From assembly GCA_965195285.1 (NCBI GenBank), contig CBDAFS010000021.1:17539-81538 (forward strand): a stretch of 64,000 nucleotides of DNA, given 5' to 3'. Under the pieces are notes generated by a model, which did not search any database, was not told the origin of the DNA, and saw only the letters and a program-made list of their open reading frames with translations. A program made the translations under genes and the position numbers. The stretch comes from an uncultured Aminicenantes bacterium. Its GTDB lineage: Bacteria; Acidobacteriota; Aminicenantia; UBA2199. Shown one piece after another: positions 1 to 10,554 of this stretch (positions are counted from its first letter, which is position 1; each line of letters opens with the position of its first letter).

Positions 1-1
1 T

Positions 2-106
2 ATTGCCTACTATATGAAAAACAAGGAATACCGGGTATTGTTTTTTTCCTTTTTTGTGGTGGCGATCTTAATTTTGAAATATCTGAAAATCATCAAAACC
101 GGGTAA
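2..106 (+). CDS. 3' end of a membrane protein (partial), possibly isoprenylcysteine carboxylmethyltransferase family
   Basis: Frame 2 reads IAYYMKNKEYRVLFFSFFVVAILILKYLKIIKTG* up to TAA at 104-106. A YxxN(K/R)EY motif followed by a hydrophobic helix resembles the C-terminus of this family. Confidence 0.4.
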   Translation: MAYYMKNKEYRVLFFSFFVVAILILKYLKIIKTG

Positions 107-137
107 TTCCCGGGTGCTGACTGCCCATTTGATCTGA

Positions 138-485
138 CTAAATCCGGTTAAAATCGTCCTGGTAACGGACAATATCATCCTCACCCAGATAAGTTCCGGT
201 CTGAATTTCAATGAAAATCATTTCCGAACTGCCCGAATTCTCGATTCGGTGTCGGGCCCGGCAAGGAATAAAAATCATTTGATTGATAGAAAGACTGTGT
301 TCCTGATCATCCAGAGTGACAATGGCCCGACCCTTGATGATGGTCCAGTTTTCCGACCTTTTTTCATGACTCTGCAGCGAAAGCCTCCTTCCCGGTTCGA
401 CCATTATTCTCTTTATTTTTAAATTGGATTCTTCATGTAGTATTTCAAACCATCCCCAAGGACGCTCTTCTTTATAGGTGATCAT
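138..485 (-). CDS. Cupin protein, mannose-6-phosphate isomerase type II C-terminal domain
   Basis: Motifs RPWG, LSLQSH..RSENW, HRIEN and EIQTGTYLGEDDIVR. Confidence 0.9.
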   Translation of the reverse strand: MITYKEERPWGWFEILHEESNLKIKRIMVEPGRRLSLQSHEKRSENWTIIKGRAIVTLDDQEHSLSINQMIFIPCRARHRIENSGSSEMIFIEIQTGTYLGEDDIVRYQDDFNRI

Positions 486-1297
486 GATACCTGGCTTTCC
501 ATAGTGGATTCATGCAGCCGGATGTGTTCGGCCTTACTGGCCTTGCCAGTGGACCTGTCAATATCCAAAACGACCATGTCCATAATCATTTCCTTCTTAG
601 CAACTTCAAAACGATGATTGATACCGGTTAAAAACTTGGATATGATGGGATTCTTCTTCATCCCGATAATGGAATCCAGGGAACCGATCATCCCCACATC
701 GGTCTGATAGGCGGTACCTCCTGACAGAATCCTCAGATCAGCACTGGGAACATGGGTATGGGTTCCCAGAACAGCACTCACCTTTCCATCCAGATAGAAT
801 CCCATGGCCTGTTTTTCTGCGGATGCTTCCGCATGAAAATCAACCAGGATTATCCTGTTTTTCACAGTCTTCAAAAGCTCTTTGATGGCCAGGAAAGGAT
901 TGTCCACCACCGGTTCCATAAACACCCGACCCTGAAGATTGACAATCGTCACTTTACAGTCATTGTCAATCCTGTATTGACAGTAGCCCCTGCCCGGGTT
1001 TGACCTGGGAAAATTCAAAGGCCTGATAATAAATTCTTCACTATTCAATAATTCCAGGGCTTCCTTTTTGTCCCAGACATGATTGCCGCTGGTCATCACA
1101 TGAACACCGGCATTAAATATCTCCTCAGAGGTTTTGCTGGTAATCCCCAGTCCCCCGGCCAGGTTTTCTCCGTTGGCAATAAGAAGGTCCGGTTTGTATT
1201 TTTTTTTCAATAAGGGTAGTGCCTTTTTCAGAAAATGCCGCCCATATCGTCCGATAATATCCCCGATAAAAAATATTCTGATGGTATTACTTAGCAT
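482..1297 (-). CDS. ymdB: YmdB/TIGR00282 family metallophosphoesterase
   Basis: Motifs GDIIG, NGEN, TSGNHVWD, DFHAEA and GTHTHV; lies directly downstream of rny, the conserved synteny. Confidence 0.93.
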   Translation of the reverse strand: MLSNTIRIFFIGDIIGRYGRHFLKKALPLLKKKYKPDLLIANGENLAGGLGITSKTSEEIFNAGVHVMTSGNHVWDKKEALELLNSEEFIIRPLNFPRSNPGRGYCQYRIDNDCKVTIVNLQGRVFMEPVVDNPFLAIKELLKTVKNRIILVDFHAEASAEKQAMGFYLDGKVSAVLGTHTHVPSADLRILSGGTAYQTDVGMIGSLDSIIGMKKNPIISKFLTGINHRFEVAKKEMIMDMVVLDIDRSTGKASKAEHIRLHESTMESQVS

Positions 1298-2852
1298 ATT
1301 CGATTGCTCTCACTTCTCGTATAACCGTCACTTTAATCTGACCCGGGTATTCCATTTCTTCCTGGATCTTCTTGGCAATGTCCTTTGACATCAAAAAAGT
1401 CCTGTTGTCATCCAGTTCGTTTGAATTGATGATTACCCGGACCTCTCTGCCGGCTCTCAACGCATAAGCCTTGTTCACCCCGTCAAATGATTTGCTGACT
1501 TCCTCAAGCTTCTCAAGCCTTTTAATATAAGTTTCGAATATCTCCCGTCTGGCTCCAGGCCGGGCAGCGGATATGCTGTCTGCTGCTTGAATGAGAACCC
1601 CTTCCACCGATGAGAATTCCACATCCATGTGATGGGAGGCAATGGCATCCTGAACCTCTTTTGATTCTCCGTGTTTTCTGGCCAACTCCACGGATAGCTG
1701 GGTATGGGTGCCTTCGGTTTCCCGGTCAATGGCCTTGCCGATATCGTGCAACAATCCGGCCCGGCTGGCCAAATTAACATTGACATTTAATTCCCTGGCC
1801 ATAAAAGCGGCAAGCAGTGATACTTCCTTGGAATGCTGAAGGGTATTCTGACCATAAGAGGTTCTGAATTTCAATTTACCCAGGTAATAATACAATTCAG
1901 GATTGATGTCCTCAATACCGAGTTCAACCACGGCATTCTCACCAATCTCCCTCAGATATATGTCGAATTCGTTTTTTATTTTCTCGACAATTTCCTCTAC
2001 CCGGGCCGGATGAATCCGTCCATCGGTGATCAGGGTTTCAAGTGCTTTTTTGGCAATTTCCCGTCTCAGAGGATCAAATGAACTGACAATAATGGTTTCT
2101 GGCGTATCATCCACAATAAAATCAACCCCGGTGGCATTTTCAAGCGCACGTATATTTCGACCTTCACGTCCGATAATTCTCCCCTTCATCTCATCGTTTG
2201 GCAGGTCGATAACCGAAACCGAACTGGATATGATATGTTCACTGGCAATTCGCTGGATAGAAGTGGAGATGATATCCTTGGCCATTAATAAGCTTTTTTC
2301 CTTTAAATCCTGTTCAATTACTTTCAACTTCTGGGCAGATTCGATCTTGGCCTCGCTTTCACATTTTTTGATAATCATATCCTTGGCTTCCTGTACAGTC
2401 ATTCCCGAGATCTTCTCCAGTTTTACCCTTTCCTCTTCATAGGTTTGGGTTAATTTGTTTTTCAGTGTCTTCAGTTCCTCTTCTTTGTAAAACATGTCTT
2501 TTTCTTTCTTTTTCAGATCTTTCTCTTTGTTGTCCAGGTTCATATACCTTCTGTCCAGGTTTTCTTCCTTATGGATCAGGCGTTTTTCGGTTTCGTTAAG
2601 CTTATTAATTTTACTGCTCTGTTTGCGGTTATACTCATTTTTCCAGTTTACAAACTCTTCTTTCAACTCAATATCAATCTTCCTTTTGGAATTTTCAATA
2701 TCTTGCCGGCTTCTTTCTTCAAGGTCTTTCTGCAGTATCTCCATTTTTCTATATTCACTGGCAAATATCCGATTTCTCAGAAGAAAAAAGATCAGGAATC
2801 CCGCTCCGATACAACCAATGCCAATCAGTATATATAAAACAAAATCATTCAT
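1287..2852 (-). CDS. rny: Ribonuclease Y
   Basis: N-terminal TM, coiled coil, KH domain (MKGRIIGREGRNIR) and HD domain (GLLHDIGKA). Confidence 0.97.
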   Translation of the reverse strand: MNDFVLYILIGIGCIGAGFLIFFLLRNRIFASEYRKMEILQKDLEERSRQDIENSKRKIDIELKEEFVNWKNEYNRKQSSKINKLNETEKRLIHKEENLDRRYMNLDNKEKDLKKKEKDMFYKEEELKTLKNKLTQTYEEERVKLEKISGMTVQEAKDMIIKKCESEAKIESAQKLKVIEQDLKEKSLLMAKDIISTSIQRIASEHIISSSVSVIDLPNDEMKGRIIGREGRNIRALENATGVDFIVDDTPETIIVSSFDPLRREIAKKALETLITDGRIHPARVEEIVEKIKNEFDIYLREIGENAVVELGIEDINPELYYYLGKLKFRTSYGQNTLQHSKEVSLLAAFMARELNVNVNLASRAGLLHDIGKAIDRETEGTHTQLSVELARKHGESKEVQDAIASHHMDVEFSSVEGVLIQAADSISAARPGARREIFETYIKRLEKLEEVSKSFDGVNKAYALRAGREVRVIINSNELDDNRTFLMSKDIAKKIQEEMEYPGQIKVTVIREVRAIEYAK

Positions 2853-2911
2853 GGTGAACCTCCTCTTTTAGTCATTTTTCAATCCACACAGAAAACAAAG
2901 GGTATAATAAA

Positions 2912-3235
2912 TCAGGAGGAAAATCGAATCGGCACTTTCTTCCTGTCCTTGGGTGTTAATTCTTCATCCAAGGGAGGAATAATGGTGTCAATTTTATCCA
3001 ACATATTTTTTAAACTCTGGTTCTCTTTTTTCAATGAAAATAGTTCTTCGGCAATGTTCAACGATGTTAATAATCCCAGTTTAAATGAATCCAGGTCGAC
3101 TAGTTCGGTTTTAATTCGGCTCATTTTATTTTCAACAAAAGCAGCAATTTCACTAAATTCATCCGGTTTGATATCCGGAGGAAGGTTAAAAATGAACTTT
3201 TTTCCCAGAATTTGAAATTCGATTTCTCGACCCAT
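2912..3235 (-). CDS. zapA: Cell division protein ZapA
   Basis: IEFQILGKKF..AAFVENKM..LNIAEELF pattern; pheT-zapB-zapA-rny synteny. Start placed at ATG 3235 (MGREIE). Confidence 0.8.
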   Translation of the reverse strand: MGREIEFQILGKKFIFNLPPDIKPDEFSEIAAFVENKMSRIKTELVDLDSFKLGLLTSLNIAEELFSLKKENQSLKNMLDKIDTIIPPLDEELTPKDRKKVPIRFSS

Positions 3236-3236
3236 T

Positions 3237-3437
3237 TTATTCAATTGATTCAATCAATTCTATCAACGATTTTACTTTCAGCTTGACTTCATTTCGCTCT
3301 TTATCCAGCTCGGAAGCACCCTTCTTGTAATCGCTCATTTCTATTTTCAATTTTTTATTTTCATCTTTAAGATGCTTTAAAACTCCAACCAAGTTTCTTA
3401 CTTTTTCCTCCAGTTTATTAAACTCTTCAATATCCAT
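3237..3437 (-). CDS. Short coiled-coil protein, ZapB-like
   Basis: Entirely coiled coil (LEEKVRNLV..LKDENKKLK); between pheT and zapA; AGGAG 7 nt before ATG 3437. Confidence 0.7.
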   Translation of the reverse strand: MDIEEFNKLEEKVRNLVGVLKHLKDENKKLKIEMSDYKKGASELDKERNEVKLKVKSLIELIESIE

Positions 3438-3448
3438 ATACACTCTCC

Positions 3449-5524
3449 TTATCTTTGAATTAAATCAAATTTCTTTATTAATTTTTTCATAAAATCTGTA
3501 TGCATGCTGTTAATCTCCTCATTGGTTAATGTACGCTTCTCATCGGTATATGAAAAACTCATTGAAAGACTGACTTTGTCTTCCGGAATACCCTTGCCCA
3601 GATACCGATCAAATAAATGGAAATAGTCCAGCGAACCCGGTTTTAACAACCCGATGGCTTTTTCCAGTTGATGAAATTTGATATGTTTGTCCATCAGAAA
3701 TGAAATATCCCGCTTGTATGAGGGATACTTATTCCAGGTTTTGAAATATTCATCTTCGACGGATGATACGATCCTGTCCATTTTTAGCTCTGCAACCAAT
3801 ACCGGTGTCTCGATTTTATACCGGTCCGAGATATCTTTCCTCAACACACCCATATAGCCCATTTCTTTTCCACTGGATATGATTGAAAAGCAACAATCGG
3901 GATCCATAAAATCCAGCGAGGTTTCCTCCATTTGAATACTAATAGCCAGTTTTTTGAATAGGGTCAATATCAACGATTTAAACCGGTAATAATCCATCTG
4001 TTGGCTATCCTTCTGGTTCCAGTTCACCCTCTGGTATTCACCGGAAGCACTGACTGACAGAAACTGTTTTTCCAGGATATGATCTTCGACATTATGGAAT
4101 TGATGTCCGAATTCAAATATTCGTACTCCGGCAGCGGAGTGATTGAAATTCAGGACCATGTTCTTCAAAAGACCGGGCAGCAATGATTGCCTGAGCAGAG
4201 AAAAATCTTTTCCCAGGGGATTGCGAACTTCCACTGGCTTGGTTGTCTGCGATAACAGTTTAAACTCTTCGGGACTGTTAAAAATGTAGTTTATCACTTC
4301 ATCAAAGCCAATGGAGGTAAAATGATTACGGATTTTCTGAATCAATTCCCGTTCCGAATCCATCTCCAAGACCTGGTTTGAGGTATTGGGGATCTCCGAG
4401 GTTAAACGATGATAACCATGGATCCTGATAATTTCTTCGACCAGATCCTGTTTACCATAGATATCCACTCTGAACGATGGAATCTCAACCGCCCAGCTGT
4501 TTTTTTGATCTTTTATAGTAAAACCCAGTCCCTTCAATATCCGGGCGGATGTTTTCTCATCAATGGAAATACCTGAATACTGACTGGGATACTGCTTATC
4601 CAAGGTCACGATCCGGGGAGAAAAACCGGCCGGAAAAGGGTCTGAGAAATAGGTGATATTCAACGGCTCCTTATGGGAATCCCCGATCATATCCAGGGCC
4701 ATGTTGATGGTATCCGGAGTAATCAAAATATCTGTTCCCCTTTCAAACCGGAATGAGGCATCGCTTTTAATTCCGATCTTCCTGGCTGCTTTTCTTATCA
4801 CCCTGGGATTGAAGTAAGCACTCTCAATCAGGATATTTTTTGTGGTGTGAGTCACGCTTGAAAATCCGCCTCCCATGATACCGGCCAGGGCCACCGGTGC
4901 TTTACCATCGGCAATAACCAGAAAATCCGGGTCAAGGTCAATTACCTGCTCGTTCAATAAGGTTATGTTCTCTCCTGGTTTGGCTCTTCTGATATTCAGT
5001 TCATTTCCAGACAGTTTATCCAGATCAAACATGTGGATGGGATGCCCTATGGTCATGACCAACAGATTGGAGATGTCAACAATATTGTTGATGGCACGTA
5101 ATTCCAGGCTCTCGAGCAAGGTTTTTATTTCATCGGAAGATTCTTTGACTGCTATGTCCTTCACGATACATCCAGTATAACGTCCACAGTCATCTTTATT
5201 TTCAATATGAATCGAAAATAGTTCATTGTTAAAATCACAAGACCTTCTGGTTATTTCCGGTTGTTGAAATTTCAATCCAGGCAGCCGGGCATGCAAATCC
5301 CGGGCAATACCATAGTGAGAGAGCCAATCCGGCCGATTGGGTGTAACCTCAATTTCAAAAATATCCTGGCCGTGAAAATCAATGATTTCATCCGTTTCCA
5401 TCCCGACTGAGGCAAATAATTCTTTCCATAATTGTCTCTTCTCTGATGGTGAAGATGCATTTTTCACCACTGTGTGGTCATCCAGGTTTATGAATTTTTT
5501 CAAGTATTCAATATTGATTCTCAT
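3449..5524 (-). CDS. pheT: Phenylalanine--tRNA ligase beta subunit (short form)
   Basis: Motifs EVTPNRPD, INNIVDISN, RFERG and PSFRVDI..DLVEEI, plus a C-terminal FDX-ACB domain; follows pheS. Confidence 0.96.
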   Translation of the reverse strand: MRINIEYLKKFINLDDHTVVKNASSPSEKRQLWKELFASVGMETDEIIDFHGQDIFEIEVTPNRPDWLSHYGIARDLHARLPGLKFQQPEITRRSCDFNNELFSIHIENKDDCGRYTGCIVKDIAVKESSDEIKTLLESLELRAINNIVDISNLLVMTIGHPIHMFDLDKLSGNELNIRRAKPGENITLLNEQVIDLDPDFLVIADGKAPVALAGIMGGGFSSVTHTTKNILIESAYFNPRVIRKAARKIGIKSDASFRFERGTDILITPDTINMALDMIGDSHKEPLNITYFSDPFPAGFSPRIVTLDKQYPSQYSGISIDEKTSARILKGLGFTIKDQKNSWAVEIPSFRVDIYGKQDLVEEIIRIHGYHRLTSEIPNTSNQVLEMDSERELIQKIRNHFTSIGFDEVINYIFNSPEEFKLLSQTTKPVEVRNPLGKDFSLLRQSLLPGLLKNMVLNFNHSAAGVRIFEFGHQFHNVEDHILEKQFLSVSASGEYQRVNWNQKDSQQMDYYRFKSLILTLFKKLAISIQMEETSLDFMDPDCCFSIISSGKEMGYMGVLRKDISDRYKIETPVLVAELKMDRIVSSVEDEYFKTWNKYPSYKRDISFLMDKHIKFHQLEKAIGLLKPGSLDYFHLFDRYLGKGIPEDKVSLSMSFSYTDEKRTLTNEEINSMHTDFMKKLIKKFDLIQR

Positions 5525-5526
5525 GG

Positions 5527-6558
5527 CTAGCTGAATTGTCTTAAAAATCTCAAATCATTGTCATAAAACAATCGAATATCATTGATGCCATACTTCAACA
5601 TGGCTATTCTTTCAATTCCCATTCCAAAGGCAAATCCGGAATATTCATCCGGATCAATATCGCAATTCTTTAAAACCTTGGGATGAACCATTCCGCTGCC
5701 CAGTATTTCCAGCCATCCCGTTCCTTTGCAAATCCGGCATTCAGGATTGCTGCCATTGCATAAAAAGCAGCTGATATCCACCTCAGCAGAGGGTTCGGTA
5801 AAGGGAAAATAACCGGGTCTGAAACGCAGGTTAACATCCTGGCCAAAAAAAGATTTAATAAAGAGTTCGAGGGTTCCCTTTAGATGTGAGAAATGAATCC
5901 CTCGGTCTACCAATAGCCCCTCGATCTGGCTAAACACCGGGGTATGGGTGGCATCGGGTTCATCCTTCCTGAAGGCTTTCCCGGGAGATATAATCATTAT
6001 AGGGGGGCGATGATGCTTCATATAACGAATCTGTACTGGCGAGGTATGGGTTCTCAGTATCATATCGGAAAAGCCCTGGATGTAAAAAGTATCCTGCTCA
6101 TTACGGGCGGGATGTTCTTCTGGCATGTTGAGGGCCGTGAAATTGTGGTATTCGGTTTCAACTTCGGGGCCATGGGCAATTTCATAACCCATTTTCAGGA
6201 AAATATTTTCCAATCTGGTTCTGACAATGGACAGCAGATGGGAACTCCCGACCGGGATATCATATTCGGGAAGTGAATAATCGATATCACTCTTTTTGTC
6301 AGAAACCAATCGGTTCTGGAATTGAGTGAATTGATTTTCCACCTCCCGCTTGAAGTTATTGACCATTTTCCCAGCCTGGGGCTTATATTCAGGAGACAGT
6401 GCCTTCATCTGCTTCATAAATTCTGTGATGACCCCCTTCTTTCTGCTGAGATACTTGTCTTTTACTTCAACAAGTTGGTTTTGTGATTGAATTCGATTCA
6501 GATCTTCAAGAAAAAGGGTTCGGGCTTCTTCAATCTCATTCTTTAATGCATTAATCAT
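5527..6558 (-). CDS. pheS: Phenylalanine--tRNA ligase alpha subunit
   Basis: Motifs [26 protein letters not shown] and [10 protein letters not shown]. Confidence 0.98.
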   Translation of the reverse strand: MINALKNEIEEARTLFLEDLNRIQSQNQLVEVKDKYLSRKKGVITEFMKQMKALSPEYKPQAGKMVNNFKREVENQFTQFQNRLVSDKKSDIDYSLPEYDIPVGSSHLLSIVRTRLENIFLKMGYEIAHGPEVETEYHNFTALNMPEEHPARNEQDTFYIQGFSDMILRTHTSPVQIRYMKHHRPPIMIISPGKAFRKDEPDATHTPVFSQIEGLLVDRGIHFSHLKGTLELFIKSFFGQDVNLRFRPGYFPFTEPSAEVDISCFLCNGSNPECRICKGTGWLEILGSGMVHPKVLKNCDIDPDEYSGFAFGMGIERIAMLKYGINDIRLFYDNDLRFLRQFS

Positions 6559-6908
6559 ATGAAGGTTTTTACGTTTTTCACAATTTCCTTAAAGGTTTCC
6601 GGCTCGGATATGGCCAGGTTGGCCAGCATTTTCCGGTTTAATCTGATTTTGGCCTTGTTGAGCCCGTTAATAAACCGGGAATAGTTCAGTCCATATTCCC
6701 TGACTGCAGCATTTATTCGGATATTCCAAATTCTTCGGAACTCTCTTTTCTTATTTCTTCGATCCCGGTATGAATAGGTCAGGGCCCTTTCAACTGCTTC
6801 CTTGGCGGTTCGGTAATTCTTTCTCCTCGCCCCGAAATACCCCTTTGCCATTTTTAGAATCTTCTTCCGTCTGATTAGTTTTCGGTTTCCTCTTGTTACG
6901 CGTGGCAT
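6555..6908 (-). CDS. rplT: 50S ribosomal protein L20
   Basis: MPRV..AKGYFG..YRDRR..W..RINAA; infC-rpmI-rplT order. Confidence 0.98.
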   Translation of the reverse strand: MPRVTRGNRKLIRRKKILKMAKGYFGARRKNYRTAKEAVERALTYSYRDRRNKKREFRRIWNIRINAAVREYGLNYSRFINGLNKAKIRLNRKMLANLAISEPETFKEIVKNVKTFI

Positions 6909-6920
6909 TTTTCCCTCCCT

Positions 6921-7118
6921 TTAAACATATGGCAACAGTTCTTTTACTCTCTTGGATTCTTCTTTTGAAACCAGTGTCGCTTGTTTTAAGTTTCTTCTTC
7001 TCTTGGCATTTTTCTTGGTAAGAATATGTGATGCATATGCTTTTCGTCTTTTTATTTTACCATTTGCCGTTATTTTAAATCGTTTTTGCGCACCCTTATG
7101 GGTTTTTAGTTTTGGCAT
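6921..7118 (-). CDS. rpmI: 50S ribosomal protein L35
   Basis: [14 protein letters not shown]; true start ATG 7118 preceded by GGAGG. Confidence 0.97.
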   Translation of the reverse strand: MPKLKTHKGAQKRFKITANGKIKRRKAYASHILTKKNAKRRRNLKQATLVSKEESKRVKELLPYV

Positions 7119-7659
7119 CTTTTCCTCCCTTCTTTTGGCCAATAAGGATCGAACAGTTGAACCTTTCATTTTTGGGGGTTGATTCTATTTCAGAGAAATC
7201 TTTTAAAATTTCAATAATACGCTTGGTCATAACTCCCAGCATTTCCGGTTTCCGCTTCTGTCTTCCCCTCAGCCAAATCGTCACTTTGATCTTGTCGCCA
7301 TCTTCAAGAAATTGCTTGATTTTTTTTAGTTTGACTTCCATGTCATGCTCTCCGATGGCCGGCGTGAACTTTATCTCTTTTATGTGAATTTTTCTCTGCT
7401 GTTTTTTAGCCTCGTGTGCTTTTTTTCGTAAAGAATACAGGAATTTTCCATAGTTCAATATCCGGCAAACAGGCGGATCGGCACTGGGTGAGATTTCGAC
7501 CAGATCCAGTTCTTTCTTTTTGGCGTATTCAAGTGCCTCTTCGATGGGAATGATTCCCACCTGCTGCTTTTCCTCGTCAATTAACCTGACTTTCATGGCT
7601 CTGATCTCTCGATTGATTCGATGGGGTTTCAGGCGGGGTCGGGGTCTTTTATATTTCAT
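7096..7659 (-). CDS. infC: Translation initiation factor IF-3
   Basis: Motifs [26 protein letters not shown] and KEIKF. Confidence 0.97.
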   Translation of the reverse strand: MKYKRPRPRLKPHRINREIRAMKVRLIDEEKQQVGIIPIEEALEYAKKKELDLVEISPSADPPVCRILNYGKFLYSLRKKAHEAKKQQRKIHIKEIKFTPAIGEHDMEVKLKKIKQFLEDGDKIKVTIWLRGRQKRKPEMLGVMTKRIIEILKDFSEIESTPKNERFNCSILIGQKKGGKDAKTKNP

Positions 7660-9499
7660 GGTGCAAACCTTTTTCTACGATAATCTTGTTAACCGCGGTT
7701 ATAAAACTGTCCAGCATAATTTTTCCTTGATCTCCTTTTTTATGGATTCTAAAACTGATATTATTTTGCTCCTGCTCATCATCTCCGACAATGATGATAT
7801 AGGGTACTTTTTGCAATTCGGCGTCTCTGATCTTTTTACCCACTCCTTCGCTGCGCTGGTCCAGTTCAACCCGCAGCTGACTTTGCTTCATTTTTTTAAA
7901 AACACTGCCGGCATATTCCAGGTTTCTCTCGGTAATGGGAATAACCATGGCCTGCACCGGTGCGAGCCAGAGAGGAAAAAACCCTCCGTAATGCTCAATC
8001 AATATTCCGAAAAATCTTTCCAGCGAGCCCAGCAATGCCCGATGAATCACAATCGGCTGACTGATTTTTCCCTGATCATCCGAATACTTCAGGTTGAAGC
8101 CCTTGGGTAAATTGAAATCAACCTGAATGGTGCTCAGTTGCCAGGAGCGATTGAGCACATCTTTTATTTTTATATCAATTTTAGGTCCATAGAACACACC
8201 TTCTCCGGGATCCATTTGATATTCAACCCCGCTCTGGCTAAGGGATTTTTCCAACGCCACCGTGGCCAATTCCCAATCACTCACTTCACCGACAAATTTT
8301 TCAGGCCTGGTGGAGAGGAAAATATCCACATCCTTAAAACCAAAGGTTTTTAAAATAGTAGTACTGAAATCGATTAAGCGTTGAACTTCATCCTCCAGCT
8401 GCTCCTGGGTGCAAAATATATGGGCATCATCCTGAGTAAACCCCCTCACCCGCATCAGACCATGTAAAACCCCGCTCCGCTCATACCGGTAAACCGTGCC
8501 CAATTCCGCCCACCTCATGGGCATATCCCGGTAACTGCGGTTTCTGGATTTGAACATTACGATATGAAAGGGGCAATTCATGGGTTTTAATTGATATTGG
8601 GTGTTATCCAGGTCAATGGTAGGAAACATATTTTCCCGGTAAAAATCAGTATGTCCGCTGGCGTTCCATAAATCGATTTTGGCAATATGAGGAGTAGCCA
8701 GTAAATCATAGCCGGCCTTTATATGCTCCTCTCTCCAGTATTTTTCAATCTCATAACGGATAATTCCGCCCTTGGGGTGCCATAATACCAGGCCGGCTCC
8801 GATCTCATTTTGAATGGAAAACAGGTCGAGATCCTGGCCCAGTTTTCGATGATCCCGTTTTTTGGCCTCTATTAAAAACTTTTCATGCGCTTCAAGCTGC
8901 TCTCTGGTGGGAAAGACAACCCCGTAAATCCTCTGCATGGATGGGTTGTTTTCATCCCCCTTCCAGTATGATGCAGCCACTGAGAGTAATTTGAAATGGG
9001 TCAGATAAGAAGTGGAGGGAACATGGGGTCCTCGACAGAGGTCAACAAATTCACTCTGCTGATAAACCGAAACCTCATTATTGTCAATCCTTTCATTGAT
9101 TAGTTCAACCTTGAGGTTTTGATTTTTGGTTTGAAAATAATCAATAGCTTGCTGTTTTGTCCAGATCATTTTAAGAATTTTCAAGTTTTGCTTGACCATC
9201 TGTTTCATTTTTTTGGAGATTTTTTGTAGGTCATCGGGAGTGAAGGGATGGGAGGTTAAAAAATCATAATAGAACCCGTTTTCAATGGCCGGGCCGATGC
9301 CATACTGGGCATCCGGAAATAATTCAATAACCGCATGGGCCATCAGATGGGCAGCCGAATGTCGATAGACATGTAGGGCTTCTTCAGATAAAGAATCCAC
9401 CTCCTCGATTACCGATTGTGGGTCATACTCGGTGTTGGCTTCGGTCAATTTTCCATCTATCTTAACCAGAAATGGTCTTTTTTTCTCTTTATTGCTCAT
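7649..9499 (-). CDS. thrS: Threonine--tRNA ligase
   Basis: Motifs RHSAAHLMA, DLCRGPH, RDHRKLG, KPMNCP and RVRGFTQDDAH. Confidence 0.98.
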   Translation of the reverse strand: MSNKEKKRPFLVKIDGKLTEANTEYDPQSVIEEVDSLSEEALHVYRHSAAHLMAHAVIELFPDAQYGIGPAIENGFYYDFLTSHPFTPDDLQKISKKMKQMVKQNLKILKMIWTKQQAIDYFQTKNQNLKVELINERIDNNEVSVYQQSEFVDLCRGPHVPSTSYLTHFKLLSVAASYWKGDENNPSMQRIYGVVFPTREQLEAHEKFLIEAKKRDHRKLGQDLDLFSIQNEIGAGLVLWHPKGGIIRYEIEKYWREEHIKAGYDLLATPHIAKIDLWNASGHTDFYRENMFPTIDLDNTQYQLKPMNCPFHIVMFKSRNRSYRDMPMRWAELGTVYRYERSGVLHGLMRVRGFTQDDAHIFCTQEQLEDEVQRLIDFSTTILKTFGFKDVDIFLSTRPEKFVGEVSDWELATVALEKSLSQSGVEYQMDPGEGVFYGPKIDIKIKDVLNRSWQLSTIQVDFNLPKGFNLKYSDDQGKISQPIVIHRALLGSLERFFGILIEHYGGFFPLWLAPVQAMVIPITERNLEYAGSVFKKMKQSQLRVELDQRSEGVGKKIRDAELQKVPYIIIVGDDEQEQNNISFRIHKKGDQGKIMLDSFITAVNKIIVEKGLHHEI

Positions 9500-9515
9500 C
9501 GGAATTGACAGATAA

Positions 9516-9591
9516 TAGGCGCGGACGGACTCGAACCGTCGACTTCTACCGTGTCAAGGTAGCACTCTAACCAAGACTGAGCTACGCGCCT
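9516..9591 (-). tRNA. tRNA-Val(GAC)
   Basis: Reverse complement AGGCGCGTAGCTCAGTCTTGGTTAGAGTGCTACCTTGACACGGTAGAAGTCGACGGTTCGAGTCCGTCCGCGCCTA folds as a cloverleaf with anticodon GAC; CCA not encoded. Confidence 0.96.
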
Positions 9592-9613
9592 AGAAATGAT
9601 ATATTCAAAAAAA

Positions 9614-9889
9614 TTATTTAACAAGTTCCTTTAGTTCTTTTCCAGGAACAAATTTGACCACTTTCTTCCTGGGTATTATAATTTCTTCACCGGTTCTGGG
9701 ATTTCTGCCTTTTTTCTGCTTTTTTTCAAGGATCTTGAAGGTTCCGAATCCAACCAGTGTGACTTTTCCGTCCTTGCTCATCAGTTCTTCAGTAAGAATA
9801 TTTACAAATCCATCAATCACTTTAATCGCATCATTCTTGGTGATACTGGAATCCTTTACCATTTGAACTGCCAATTCATTCTTGTTCAT
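9614..9889 (-). CDS. hup: HU family DNA-binding protein
   Basis: MNKNEL..VTLVGFGTF..GRNPRTGEEI..F.PGKELK. Confidence 0.95.
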   Translation of the reverse strand: MNKNELAVQMVKDSSITKNDAIKVIDGFVNILTEELMSKDGKVTLVGFGTFKILEKKQKKGRNPRTGEEIIIPRKKVVKFVPGKELKELVK

Positions 9890-9915
9890 ATTAAAAGCCT
9901 CCTTTAGAAAAGATA

Positions 9916-9944
9916 AATTTACACGATATTACTGTGAAAGTCAA
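9916..9944 (-). promoter_or_regulatory. Putative sigma70 promoter for the hup-tRNA-Val-thrS operon
   Basis: Minus strand TTGACT-17 nt-TAAATT. Confidence 0.55.
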
Positions 9945-10025
9945 TACATAACACTAAAAAACTGATGGACTATACAGCCTTAATATTTTGTTTTCCCCGA
10001 ATAAAATTCGCTTTTCTATGAAATG

Positions 10026-10550
10026 TTAAATGTTTAACAAAGTCCCTTTTTTATAAATATCCATCTGCACTTTGGACATGGCGGACAGGTCAAATTGTTC
10101 ACCTGAATGTTCATTGAACAACTTGCCGGCCAATAGATCAACCCGAATAGAATCCAGGTTTTTTATCTTGCGCTGCTTGATGAGTTCTTCAATATTATTG
10201 AAGGTCAAAATAATAAAACCTGAATTGATGGCATTTCTTTTGTATATAGCACCGTATGAACCGGCAATAATCAATTTGATTCCCATGGACCTAAAACATT
10301 CAACAGCCTGCTGCCTGGAGGAACCGGATCCGAAATTTGAACCGACAATAATCATATCCCCGGGGTTAGCACGGGTAAAAAAATCTTCCCAGCCCTTTAG
10401 GTTTCCAAAGGTAAATTTTCCCATCTCTTCGATATCGGTGATGTGAAGGTGGGCATTATGGAAAATCTGATCGGTATCAATGTCAGGGATCAACCGGTTG
10501 TCACTGTCGGCAATTACCCAGACCCTTCCTTGAAATTCAGTCTCATTCAT
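10026..10550 (-). CDS. leuD: 3-isopropylmalate dehydratase/homoaconitase family small subunit
   Basis: Motifs DIDTDQI, NFGSGSSRQQA and IYKRNAINSG. Substrate is uncertain. Confidence 0.75.
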   Translation of the reverse strand: MNETEFQGRVWVIADSDNRLIPDIDTDQIFHNAHLHITDIEEMGKFTFGNLKGWEDFFTRANPGDMIIVGSNFGSGSSRQQAVECFRSMGIKLIIAGSYGAIYKRNAINSGFIILTFNNIEELIKQRKIKNLDSIRVDLLAGKLFNEHSGEQFDLSAMSKVQMDIYKKGTLLNI

Positions 10551-10554
10551 GTTA

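Noticed and set aside
2853-2911. 6S RNA expected between zapA and rny
   Set aside because: The gap is only 59 nt and AT-rich, too short for a ~180-nt 6S RNA.
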